Positions 1 through 11,565 of a DNA stretch of 31,316 nt are shown here, piece by piece (within the stretch, counting starts at the first letter, position 1; each line of letters starts with the position of its first letter). Below the pieces are notes generated by a model that was given only the letters and a program-made list of their open reading frames with translations, was not told the DNA's origin and did no database searches. This DNA comes from Octopus sinensis (Eukaryota). Location: positions 1 through 31,316 of the forward strand of contig NW_021832314.1 in NCBI RefSeq assembly GCF_006345805.1. Direction: 5' to 3'. Both the position numbers and the translations under genes were made by a program.

Positions 1-215
1 AAAACTGGGGTCGATGTAATCGACTCATTCCCTCTCCCCACCCAAATTTCAGGTCTTGTGCCTATAGTAGAAAGAATTATTATTATTATTATCATTATTG
101 TTAAGGCGCAAGCTGGCAGAATTGCTAGTATGCTGGGCAAAATGCCTGGCGGCGTTTCGTCCGTCGTTACGTTCTGAGTTCAAATTCCTCCAAGGTTGAC
201 TTTGCCTTTCATCCT
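1..215 (+). mobile_element. Two partial tRNA-type SINE copies (family 'A': aaggcggcgagctggcag... head) separated by (ATT)n
   Basis: 1-76 matches the 3' part and 103-215 the head (B-box-like gagttcaaattcc) of the full copies at 10285 and 19962. Confidence 0.75.
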
Positions 216-329
216 GGTGTTTGTATTGACTGCCGCAATATATGAAGGGCCGCCGTGCGTATTATAATATAGTGTATGTGTGTGAAGAAGTGTTGTGATC
301 AGTTTTTATTACATACCTCCACTGGCACA

Positions 330-420
330 TCGATTCTTACCAAAGCCGTCTACACCAACCCATGCCACTAGCATGGAAGACTGGCGTTAAACGATGCTGC
401 TGTTGATGATGATGATGACA
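330..420 (+). mobile_element. Degenerate RTE-LINE 3' tail remnant
   Basis: acccatgc..tagcatggaa..cgttaaacgatg + (GAT)n, the same terminus as 23690-23757. Confidence 0.6.
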
Positions 421-1166
421 ACAAGATTCTCTGGACTAAGAGTATGAGCTTCAAGTGGATCTAAGAGCAGATGAAATGATTCTTTCAGAAGAAAGCAACC
501 TGCAGTTGAAGACAATTTGCATACAGCACACACTGCTTTCTACTACAATAAATGCGAAATTCTGTCTGTTCGTTTGTCTTGGACCCCTGTATCTCAGTCT
601 TTACTCTACATAGACATATTATACCTTTTTGGAATCAGGATGATCCCAGGATTGAAAATCTGGCCTTTATTTGTTTCCTGAACATCCAGCATTGGGATTA
701 GGTTTGGATGAGGATTTGTTATATGCTAACAGTTGCAAATTCAAATTTTAAAAGAACTCCAAAAGTTTTTAAGCTTAAAAGTTTTCCATTTAAACTGAAT
801 TTAGAGTAATCCCAAAACTTTGTGAATTTAAAAATATATTTTAAAGTCAATTCATATAAAAGTAGATCCAAGTTAGAGAGAAGTTTCGTGTTTGTGAGGT
901 TTTGAAGTTCGGCAGAGTTTGTGAATTGAAGCGCTCGGAAGGAAATATTGATGAACTCAAACTTTCGTCCCAAATTGGACTTTTGGACTTTTGGCTTGAT
1001 CAGACTACCAGCTGGACTGGACTTTCAGCCTGAATCAGAGTTAAAGTGAAGTTTTGATGTTCCATGGAGTGAATTGAGGAATTTAATTTTAATTCTTATT
1101 ATAGAAAATTCCCTGGAAACGGACAAAACCCAGAGCTCTTAGGAAAAGGGAGAGAAGAGGAGACAT

Positions 1167-1383
1167 CAGTTCAACTGGGATCTGGGAAGCCAGAAGGCTG
1201 CACCAGGCCCAGTCTGATCTGGCAATGGAGTGGTTGGCGTTAGGAAGGGCATCCAGCCATAGAAACAACATTGCCAGATCAGACTGGGCCTGGTGCAGCC
1301 TTCTGGCTTCCCAGATCCCAGTTGAACTGTCCAACCCATGCTAGCATGGAAAGCGGACGCTAAACGATGATGATGATGATGAT
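1167..1383 (+). mobile_element. RTE-LINE 3'UTR/tail copy with a perfect 61-bp inverted duplication at its 5' end
   Basis: Ends ...acccatgctagcatggaaagcggacgctaaac(GAT)n; 1167-1227 is the exact reverse complement of 1269-1329. Confidence 0.85.
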
Positions 1384-1692
1384 ATCTATTAGTTGCGATC
1401 ATACTTTTTTTTATGTTTCATTATTTGGTCTTTTTGGAGCAATTCCATCACATCATATCTGTGACATTCTCAACTGATCTTTCTCTGCATGTAGTTTCTT
1501 GTTAATATCTATGTTACAATATGCCTGTTTCTCAACATCTTTAGACTATGATTCTAACAATATATCAACACATGACTGCACAAAACAAAAACAAAAAACA
1601 AAAAAAGACCCTTTCAGTCTAATAACATAGGAATCCATAAATAAAAAAAAAATCATAAATTTAATTTTTAAAATTTTTATTGTATTTTTCAG

Positions 1693-1713
1693 AAACCCCC
1701 AAACTAATCAAGA
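1693..1713 (+). other. 5'UTR part of thymosin coding exon (an upstream non-coding exon is implied but not located)
   Basis: Splice acceptor 21 nt upstream of the ATG. Confidence 0.7.
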
Positions 1714-1813
1714 ATGGATGGGAAACCAGATCTTACTGAAATTGCAACCTTTGACAAGAGTCATCTTAGGAAAGCAGAGACAAATGAAAAAAATACCTTG
1801 CCTACTAAAGAAA
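1714..1813 (+). CDS. TMSB: Beta-thymosin (single WH2/beta-thymosin repeat), first coding exon: [33 protein letters not shown] + 1 nt
   Basis: Manual translation gives the family signature KPDxxEIxxFDKxxL(K/R)KxETxEKNxLPTKE. Acceptor tttttcAG at 1691-1692; in-frame TAA at 1705-1707 upstream of the ATG; donor A/gtaggt at 1814. The 100-nt coding length and phase-1 intron match the known vertebrate TMSB4X/TMSB10 exon structure. Symbol denotes the family, not a specific ortholog. Confidence 0.93.
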
Positions 1814-2189
1814 GTAGGTTTTTGATGACTATTAATATGTTTTTTTAAGGAAATTTTGTGTGTTCAGTTCTTGAGGTTTCTAAATTGTTCGCTAAATATT
1901 TGCAAGCTTTAGATGTGTGTGTATATCTGTATCTCTGTGTACATGTGTAAGCCTGTATGCATATGTACATGGGTGTGTATGTGTGTATGCTTCTGAAATT
2001 TGATATTATTTTTAGGGTCAGAAAAATGTGAATTTGTGGCATTCATGCTTTTTTCTTACAGAGTTCAGTGTTTCAGTTAAAATTTGGTGATTCCAGCAGA
2101 TGTATACAATTTTAAGATTATAAGTTTTTGAAAAAGAACGTACATAAATTAGATGTTACATTCATTATTTTTCCAAGAATATTACTGGT

Positions 2190-2390
2190 CACTAATGAGA
2201 TGATGGATTAGGAGAATCATTAGAATGTTGGACAAAATACCTTCCTGAGCTGTATATTCTGAGTTCAAATCTTACTAAGACCAACTTTGCCTTTCATATT
2301 TCTGGAATTGATAGATAAATATCAAGTATTTGTATGATATGATTGTCTGTTCCCTTTCTAAATTCTGGTCTGGTGCCTGTGTAAGAGGCC
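2190..2390 (+). mobile_element. Old, diverged family 'A' SINE
   Basis: ttctgagttcaaatc..actttgcctttcat core shared with the intact copies. Confidence 0.5.
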
Positions 2391-2613
2391 AATATTAATT
2401 AGTCTGTATCATAAACAAAGTAAAAAGTAATTTTTTTCCAGATGAAATATATTTATAGCTGAGACGTTTGTTCTGTCTGAGTATTAATTATGATTTCCAG
2501 TTGTAGAACTTTATGGCTATTGCCATTGAGCCTTATAAGTAGTCCCTTGTCTTCATATTAAAAGGGTGCTTCTAATGTTTGCTACTTGATGCATCTAGTG
2601 TACAGAGATGTAT

Positions 2614-2935
2614 GGAGATACGTGGCTTAGTAGTTAGGGTATTCAGTTTATAGTCATAAGGCCATGAGTTCAATTCCTGGTGGTGCATTGTATCTTTGAG
2701 CAAGACACTTTATTTCATGTTGCTCCAGTTCATTTAGCTGGCAAAAAAATGAGTTGTGCCTGTATTTCAAAGGGCCAGCTTTGTCACATTTTGATGTGTC
2801 ACACTGAATCTCCCTGAGGACTATGTTAAGGGTACATGTGTCTCTAGAGTGCTCGGTTACACGCATGTTAATTTCATAAGTATGCTGTTCCATTGATTAA
2901 ATCAACTGGAATCTTTGTCATCATAACCAATGGAT
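2614..2935 (+). mobile_element. tRNA-type SINE (family 'F')
   Basis: A-box-like tggcttagtagttagg and B-box-like gagttcaattcc; homologous to 28325-28658 and shares its 3' half with 15259-15633. Confidence 0.8.
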
Positions 2936-4164
2936 TACCAGTACAGAGCTGTTCTTGTTTTGCCAATTAACCTGAGATGATTGTCATTTAGCTTATTTCT
3001 TTTCTTTTACACCTGCCTTCATGTATAGCAAATGCATGTCTTCATATATAGCATAGAAATCATTAATTTTGTCTGAGATTCAACAAAACACCCTTTTTTG
3101 TCTGTGACCAGTTCACAGTTTCAAATGGTGAAAATTTTGACACCATATTACAAATAGATGTTTATGTGTTCTAACAGTTTTTGAGCATTTTTGAGTGGCT
3201 ATCATATGTCTTCCATGCCACTGCTGCTTTAGTTTCAGCAAACATTCTCAGATGAAAACGCTTTCTATGTAAGTTCATCTCTGATTCATTTCTTTGATTC
3301 TGTTCATTTTTCTCTGGGCCATGTTAAAGTTCAAGTCTCTAAGAGCTTGTTTACTTTTTCAAGATTTGAACTTTTTTTCAGTTCTTTGACATTATATCCA
3401 TAGTTAGTATTTCCCTCTTAGCTTAACGAATGGACTGTTTGTTATTTTAATTTATATACTCTTTGTAGTTGTCTTGACAGAAATATAACAGCTGTCTATA
3501 TTTGACATGATTCTTTCAATAATTTTCATTATTTGTGTTGGGGTTACTAAGATCTCTGTGAATTTTCTACCTCCTTTTTCCCATATTAAAATTCACTGTT
3601 GGTAAATGCCACTGGAAAGGCTAGATTTCTTTATAAGCTTATTAACTCTGTGATAAGTACAAAACAAACAATTCCTGAGGTTTCTTGTTTCAGCAACTAT
3701 CACAGAATTCATTCATCAGCTTGTTCAACAACTGGTCAAAATAAGAGGCCAACTTGCAGCCACTTCACTCAACATGCTAGAAATAGTAGTCAAATCTCAA
3801 TCAAACCACATTACCAACTTGAAAGAAAACATATTGGATAATGTAGCCAAAAATATGCCATATCTGAAGAAAGAATGGTTAAACTGGTCACAATGGCACT
3901 TCTGTATTCTCATGTTAATTTGTTCTATTACATTTTTGTCGTTCCAAGTATTTTTGACTTTTCATCTTTGTATAAGTTAAGAGTGTTAGATATCTTTCTT
4001 CTTGTGTAAATCTAACATCTAAAATTTCATCTAGTTTCTGTGTCTAGTTTACTGTTTCCTTCCTTCCTATTCATTTTGTAGTCTTAAGAGGATGAGTTAA
4101 ATTTCTGTTTGGATAGGATATCAGTCAGTCTGTAGTAAATTACATTCTTGGAATGATGTTCTGC

Positions 4165-4217
4165 TATACATGTATGCATATACATACATACTTACACACA
4201 CATATATATTCATACAT

Positions 4218-4260
<43 letters not shown>

Positions 4261-4320
4261 CACATAAATACATATATTCTTGTGTGTGCATATATATATA
4301 TGTATGTATGAATGTATGTA
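4165..4320. repeat. Mixed (CA/TA/TACA)n microsatellite
   Basis: Directly visible; further (TA)n tract at 4945-4986. Confidence 0.9.
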
Positions 4321-4941
4321 TTTTCCAAAGGTAGGTGAACTGAACTGAGATAATATTAGATACAGTGATGCTTTGATACAACATATCCTGCAGTGGATTT
4401 ATATCCATCAAGGCAAAAAAAGTTGGCAGTTTGATATTGTTACTACTCAACAATTTAAATAACATAAAAATTATGCTCTGAAGAAAAAAACATTATGCTA
4501 CAATCACGTTTCTATTTTAAATGTTATTCCTCTCTGGGAACACCCTCACCTGGTTTTTTTTTTTTTTTCCCCCTTATAATCCTGAAAATGTGGTGTGTGT
4601 AGGGATCAGAGAAGCTGATCAGTTAGCGCTTTCATTCGCCTTTATCATATCACTTATGCAAGCAATCCACTTACCAAATTAATAGGATGCTCGTACTGCT
4701 TGTGTAATGATTGTAACCTAGAGTTGGTGGCATGATAAAATGCACCCATTAAGAAAGTGAGTGAGTGAGTGGTTTGTGATAACAACAGGCATCCAGCAAT
4801 AAAAATAGAAGCCAAAACCCAAAGAGGTGTGTATGAACAAGATGCAGGTTTCTGTTAAGGACTTTGAAAAGAAATTGATTTTGATCATGACAACCTGTCT
4901 AAATAATGCCATCATGGGAAAGTGGATGTATAAATGATGCT

Positions 4942-4990
<49 letters not shown>

Positions 4991-5369
4991 ATTAAGAAAT
5001 ACACTTATATATGTGTGTGTGGCTGTATATATATATGCATAGGAAAAGGAGGCAGTCATAATTTTGGATAATCCTTTATTAGCACTTCCGTTTGTTTATT
5101 GAATTCCTCAAAACAAAATCAATATCAAAATGGTAAAGTAGAACGTTTCATTGTTCATTTATATGAATAAGATGCTTTTAGAAGAAGAGAATATTGTTTT
5201 CATTTGGGTGGGGGGAAAGGGAGCAAGAGAGAAAGAAACACAAAGAGGGGTGGGCAAAGAAAGAGGTTTCAGAACAATCAAGAAGAGTAGAAAAATTACA
5301 AAGGATGGGGAAAGGATAGATAGATAGATAAATGATGGATGGATAGATAGACAGATTAAATAGACAGGG

Positions 5370-5980
5370 ATAGATAAAGAGAGAGAGGTTTCTTTCAATT
5401 TGATGTGGTCAAGTCATTGAAATTTCATTACAAAGCATTTTTCTTTTCTTTCTCTTTTTTCTTCCTATTGTATACCTATCAACATATTTGTAAATAAACA
5501 CATTTCCTCACAAGGATGGTGCCCTCTCAAGGTGTCAGTTTTAGGAAGTAGGATGAAGAATTAAGTGGCTATCACTGAAAAATAAAAAAAAGGGTCTGAA
5601 GTTCAAAGTCCTATGAAAATGTATATTCCTTTACACTTGTATAGTCAAGTCCCATATTCTATGTAATTCCATGTTTTGTATGAACTTACATTAAATATTA
5701 GTGCAATATTTAAAAATTAAGAAAATAAAGTCAGAATCAATTCTCTATGTGCATTTAATCAAACATCATAAATGAGGTTTGTATGTACATTGTATATTTA
5801 ACTGGAAGCCATTCTGTAAGATATAAATTATATGATAAAGCAGGGCCTACTTAAAATATATTTTTGAGTATCTTCCATCTTTTTGTAGGATTTAGTTTTG
5901 TTTTTCTTGTTTGTTTGGCTAAGATAATTCCGAAGAGATCTTTTCCACAAATTACTTTGCCAAGTAGCTACATTAGATAT
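5370..5980 (-). repeat. Left arm of ~620-bp inverted repeat (inverted pLTR)
   Basis: Reverse complement aligns to 8806-~9440; roughly 90% identical by eye, with long identical blocks. Confidence 0.9.
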
Positions 5981-6145
5981 GAGGGAACTTATAAGGGAAC
6001 CAGAACCCCAGAAACAACAAAAAATAGAAACACAGTAATACAATTCCTTTTTTAGGGAAAAAATACCACAATTGTGCACCAGACCTGATGCAATAAAAAA
6101 AATTTTAATGAGCATACAGAACATATAGACCCAAAGAGCATCAAT

Positions 6146-8580
6146 TTGTCAAATAGAAACCTCAACAAGAATGAGATGAACCTCCTACTGAAAGTGACAC
6201 CCACTCTTAATCTCATTGAACTAAAAGCTGATATTGAGCATTTTAACTGCCATCTCCTGCTTATAGAATTCTTTGGCAATAAGGATATAAATTATGAAAA
6301 AGTTGTCAGAAATAAATCTCACTTCACCCCCTACAAGGGGAATGACAAAACTTTAGACACACATGCAGGCACAATTTTGAAATCTTCCCTAAGTACCCAT
6401 AAATGCAAACAAAACCTTCATCAAGAAGGAAAGGAAGCCTTACTAACACTGAAGAATGACTATTCAATCATCCTTAAAGAAGATGATAAGGGAGGGGCGA
6501 TAGTAATCATGGACAAAGATTACTATAAAGATAAAATATTGGAAGTTCTGACAGACCAAACCTACAACAAGGAAGAACCAAGATACCAGGAAAAAGTAAT
6601 AATGAATAAAATCAAAACACTAAATAATGAATACTAAGATTCCTTCACAGACAAGGAGAAAGGTTATTTATGCAACTCTGGGATCAAAGAGTGCAATTTC
6701 TATGGATTACCCAAAATCCACAAAAGCCCTGAAGTACAGGGAGCCATAAATAAGCAGGGAGCCAATACATGAAAATACTAAGACCTACTAACCTCAAGCT
6801 GAGACCAATAGTTGCTGAACCTCAAGCACCAACACAACAACTGACTCATTTTTTGGACATACTCCTAAAGTATTTATGCCCATTAATACCCAGCAATATA
6901 TGGGATGGCATAGATTTCATCCAACATATTCTGCCAACTGTCTCAGAAAGTACTATACTTACAAGCTTTGATGTCACCAATCTTTATACCAATATATCTC
7001 ACACTTTGAGCAGGAAGCACTCAAGCATTGGGTTGAGAAACGTAGAGGACAGATAAATGAGTGTTTCAAAACTGACTTCATCACCAAGGCCTAGTACTAG
7101 AAGAAAACACCTTTAGATTTGATAATAAAATATATCAACAGATAAAGGGTACAGCTATGGGGACATAGTTTGCATCCTCATACGCTAGTCATGGGATACT
7201 TGCAAGAAATGCTTTACGAGGAAGTAGAAAGAGCTTTTAATCAGGATTGCAAAAAATTCATTATTAAAATGTGGAAATGCTTCATCTTTCGGGGCAAATT
7301 AAATGAGGACCTACAAATATTTAATAATATACTCAATACACTTAACTCATCCATCAAATTCACAACAGAATCTAGCTGCAATGAATTACCATTCCCGGAT
7401 ATTCACATAAAAATACACAATTCCACAGTCACATCAGACATATTTTGCAACAAAATGAACACGCACCAATATTTGAATTTCTACTCTTGCCATCCCTCAC
7501 ACATCAGAAGGAACATCCCATACAACATGGTAAGACATACCGTACGTCAAATCTGATTCAATGAGCTCAAAGACTTCCTAACGAAGCAGAAATATCCCCT
7601 AGGATTAATAAAAGAAGGAATTAAAATGCAATGAAGCTGAGAATCACACAAGAAAGGACAACAAAGGAAAAAATTTGTGCAAACATGATTCCATTTATCA
7701 ATCTACACACAGCAGCAAAGTAGCTGAGTTCCTTTCAAGTGTTGAGCCTCATGGAGGCAATATGCAAGACCTTTGGCATTATGTTGTGCTTGAGAAGAAG
7801 ACCCATCAAGCTGAACAAAATCAGTCATGGCAGATACTGGTGTCACGCAAATGGCCAGTGGCACATAAAAGCACTGATTACACTCTCAGAGTGGTTAGTG
7901 TTAGGAAGGGCATCCAGCCATAGAAAACCATGCCTAATCAAACTGGAGCCTGGCACAGCCTTCCAGCTTACCAGCCCTGGTCAAACCGTCCAACCCATGC
8001 CAGTATTAACAACAGACGTTAAATGATGATGATGATGACAATCCTGGGGTAGCCAACATCTTTCACACCATAAAATCAAACCTACCTATACTTCTACAAA
8101 GCTTCAAGATGAAAAATCTGATTGATAAAAACCCCTTATGACACAGTAGAAGCCAACCAAAAATCTCAAAAAACACATCACAAGGACTAAATTCACGTCA
8201 GAGAATGAATCAGAATTCTCTGTAAAAGAATGTGGAAATAGCAGATGTGTAACATACAACAACAACAACAACAACAGCAACTTTCTCGTTCAAAGTAAAT
8301 GTATGAACTGCAAGACGCAGAATCTTATATGCTTCATTACTTGCCCTTACAGCAAGGAAAATTACATCGGTGAAACAAACAATTCCCTCTGCCAACGTGT
8401 AAGAATCCACAGAGAACACATTCGGTAAGAAGAATTGAGCAAGATTCCTGAGCAAGTACTTAGAAATGTGGTGAAGAGAAGTTCAAAATCTTTCCCTTTT
8501 ACAAATGTTCAAGAGATGACCCAAAATTCCGAAAAGTAATGAAGCTGTACTCATCAAAAAATCTCTCTAAAGTTAAATGT
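6146..8580 (+). pseudogene. Penelope RT + GIY-YIG endonuclease ORF, multiple stops/frameshifts
   Basis: FYGLPKIHK (6698-6724); LRPIVA; SFDVTNLYTNI; IKGTAMGT* (~7142-7168); WK-CFIF at 7272 with the catalytic RYxDD segment missing; ELPFPDI; HQYLNFYSCHPSH; NLICFITCPYSKENYIGETNNSLCQRVRIH (8321-8410). Confidence 0.9.
7711..8039 (+). mobile_element. RTE 3'UTR/tail inserted into the Penelope ORF
   Basis: ttaggaagggcatccagcc...acccatgcc..gacgttaaa(TGA)n. It interrupts the PLE IPFI(ST)HNP-like motif, which resumes at 8040. Confidence 0.75.
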
Positions 8581-8805
8581 TTGTAAGAGAAGCAGAGGAA
8601 CTACATTTTTATTATAATATTTTTAATATTAATGATAATGGATGAAGAGAAAGTGGCTCCAATGTTATTAATGTGATAGTCATCTCTATAAATGATTAGA
8701 TATATATATATATATAACATTGGAATTTTGATAATTGTTGTTCTCATAGAACTTACATATACCCAAGAGAGAATACTAGAACCATTTTACCACTGATTAG
8801 GAAAG

Positions 8806-9440
8806 ATATCTAATGGAGCTACTTGGCAAAGTAATTTGTGAAAAAGATTTCTTTTGAATTATCTTAGCCAAACAAACAAAAGAAAAAAAACCAAAAATAA
8901 ATCCTACAAAAAGATGGAAGATACTCAAAAATATATTTAAGTAGGCCCTGCTTTATCATATAATTTATATCTTACAGAATGGCTTCCAGTTAAATATACA
9001 ATGTACATACAAACCTCATTTATGATGTTTGATTAAATGCACATAGAGAATTGATTCTGACTTTATTTTCTTAATTTATGAATATTGCACTAATATTTAA
9101 TGTTTGTTCATACAAAACATGGAATTACACTGAATATGGGACTTGACTATACAAGTGTAAAAGAATATACATTTTCATAGGACTTTGAACTTCAGACCCT
9201 GTTTTATTTTTCAGTGATGACTGCACCCTTCTCTCTTTTCTTATTTCTTCCATTCTACTTCCTAAAATTGACATCATGAGAAGTCACCATCCTTGTGAGG
9301 AAATGTTTATTTACAAATATGTTGATAGGTATACAATTGAAAGAAAAAAGAAAGAAAGAAAAATGTTTTGTAATGAAATTTCAATGAATTGATCACATCA
9401 AATTGAAAAGAAACCTCTCTTTCTCTATCTGTCTGTCTCT
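8806..9440 (+). repeat. Right arm of inverted repeat (3' pLTR)
   Basis: Starts atatctaatggagctacttggcaaagtaat, versus left arm attactttgccaagtagctacattagatat. Confidence 0.9.
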
Positions 9441-9708
9441 CTCTATCTCTATCTTCTCTATCTATCTAGCATATTTGGTTAGTAGCAAGCTGTCTCCATC
9501 TTTCTTTTATCTTCCTTAATGGAACTAAACATTCTTTGAAGGCCTAATGAAAATTTTATAAATGTTGGTGTCTGTTATCTTATGGAACATATCTTGGAAT
9601 TAGCATTTAAATATATTTGCATAATATTTACCTATCTCTCATGATTTGTGTGTGTGTATGTATCTGTGCATCCATTTTTGCCAGCTGAGTAGACTGGAGG
9701 AACTTGAA

Positions 9709-9935
9709 TTAACTCATTAGCATTTAAACCGGCCATATCCGGCCAAAAATATTCTACCTGTTTTATGTTCAAACTGACCAGATCTGGTCTCTCACACCAA
9801 CCCTACAATATTGTTTTAAAAATTAACTACCTCATCAAAATCTTATAGCTACAAGATAAATGCATGGTTAATTCAAAACAATGTAGATGAAGAAGCATTA
9901 ATTTTGGTTGAATAATGCGAACACTAAAGGGTTAA
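9709..9935. mobile_element. piggyBac-like MITE with TTAA duplication, inserted into a minus-strand SINE (~9670-10030)
   Basis: TTAA ctcattagcatt ... acactaaaggg TTAA; the host SINE reads continuously once the insert and one TTAA are removed. Confidence 0.75.
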
Positions 9936-10199
9936 AGCATCTTGCTCAAGGAGGTAATGCTTTGTTGGGAATCGAATTTGTGACCCTACGATCATGAGCT
10001 GAACATCTTAACCACTAACCCACATACCTTTCTGATACATAATATTGCCCTAGATACACAACACAGTTTGATTACAAACAGATGGTGTAGTGATAGTTTG
10101 AATTTCTTTGCATATAGGTCTTACTTAATCAAAGTTGGTTCCAGACGAAACAACAGCTGCTTTACTGAAATAAATTAAAGGCTGTACAGATGTACAACC

Positions 10200-10642
10200 T
10201 CCAAATCAGTCAAGGCCAGATATTTCGGGGGAAAGGTATAAGTTGATTGCCTCAACCACAGTAGTCAACTGGTATTTAATTTATAAGGCGGCGAGCTGGC
10301 AGAAACGTTAGCACGCCGGGCGAAATGCTTAGCGGTATTTCATCTGCGTTACGTTGTGAGTTCAAATTCCGCCGAGGTCGACTTTGCCTTTCATCCTTTC
10401 GGGGTCGATAAATTAAGTACCAGTTACGCAGTGTAGCCAATGTAATCGACTTAATACCTATGTCTGTCCTTGTTTGTCCCCTCTGTGTTTAGCCCCTTGT
10501 GGGTAATAAAGAAATAGGTATTTAATTTATCAATGCTGAAAGTATGAAAGCAAAGTCAGCCTTAACAGAATTTGAACTCAGAACATAAATACCACTTAGG
10601 ATCTTGCCCATCATGTTAATGGTTCTGCAAGCTTGCTGCCTT
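10200..10642 (-). mobile_element. Old family 'A' SINE (host of a nested copy)
   Basis: Reverse complement of the family head at 10531-10642; continuous across the TSD. Confidence 0.65.
10285..10516 (+). mobile_element. Full-length family 'A' tRNA-type SINE with 14-bp TSD
   Basis: TSD ggtatttaatttat at 10271-10284 and 10517-10530; B-box gagttcaaattcc; CpG-rich, so probably young. Confidence 0.9.
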
Positions 10643-10870
10643 TAAACCCTGTAGCATTTAAACTATCCATATATGGCCTAAATATTCTAACTGTTTTATG
10701 TTCAAACCAGCCAGATCTGGCCTGTCACACCTACCCAACAATGCCATTGAAAAAATATACAATCACATTATCAAAATTTCAAAGCCATGAGATAATATAT
10801 GATTGATTCAAGACAATGTAAATAAATAAGTAATACATTTGACAGTGTAATCTGAATGCTAAAGGGTTAA
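10642..10870. mobile_element. piggyBac-like MITE (same family as 9709)
   Basis: TTAA accctgtagcatt ... atgctaaaggg TTAA. Confidence 0.75.
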
Positions 10871-11157
10871 TTTTTTTTACTTATGGGCCCGGTTTCTCGG
10901 TTTCTGTGGCGTATGTGTTACCCCCAACTGGACGAGACGCCAGTCTATTGTAGCGTTACCCAAGAAACAGGAAGAAAGAGTGAGAGAAAGTTGGGGTGAA
11001 AGAGTACAACAGGGGTCACCACCACCCCCTGCCGGAGCCTCGTGGAGCTTTTAGGTGTTTTCACTCAATAAACACACACAACGCCTGATCTGGGAATCAA
11101 AACCACGATCCTCCGACCGCGAGTCCGCTGCCCTAACCACTGGGCCATTGCGCCTCC
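10871..11157 (-). mobile_element. tRNA-type SINE (head shared with 15259 copy, different tail), 10-bp TSD
   Basis: TSD aaagggttaa at 10861-10870 and 11158-11167; T-rich tail at 10871; head ggaggcgcaatggcccagtggttagggc on the minus strand. Confidence 0.85.
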
Positions 11158-11565
11158 AAAGGGTTAAATAAGTTATAAAATATTGGTTATGATTTACATC
11201 TAGCTCAGTCAGTGAAAATGCTGATCAACAGTCATCACTTCATCTTTACCATTCCATGTATAGAATTTTTGGTAAGAATACTTAAGAACTACAGATTCAT
11301 TTTGTTTGACTGTAATTAATTCACAGTTGTTCTTGTTTTTAATTGTTGCCTGACCATAAGTCAGTCCTGATTGAACAGATTTATGAATTGAAGTAATTCC
11401 ATCTTTTATTTTTGAATATATAGGATTGCATTACCATACGAGGCCATCTATTTTTTATATATTTATTTAAGATGCTAGCTTGTAATTTGAGGGAAACTTG
11501 GTTATTATTTCTTCTAGGACAAGTGGTCATGTATAACCGACATGAGTTTTCTCTTTTGTACTGAG

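Larger units (their letters stand above)
5370..9440 (+). mobile_element. Penelope-like element (PLE), 5'-truncated and decayed, with an inverted copy of its 3' pLTR at the 5' end
   Basis: RT + GIY-YIG remnants between ~5370-5980 and its reverse complement 8806-~9440. Inverted pLTR arrangements are established for PLEs. Confidence 0.85.

Noticed and set aside
539-1160. Possible Helitron/HINE-like element (5' ctactacaataaatgcgaaattctgtctgttcgtttgtc)
   Set aside because: Only the 5' resemblance is visible; no convincing 3' hairpin-CTAG and no second copy in the window.
3200-3980. Short non-repetitive ORFs (3599-3841, 3774-3980) with coding-like composition
   Set aside because: No recognisable motif; probably decayed TE sequence. 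Would need BLASTx against Repbase/Dfam.
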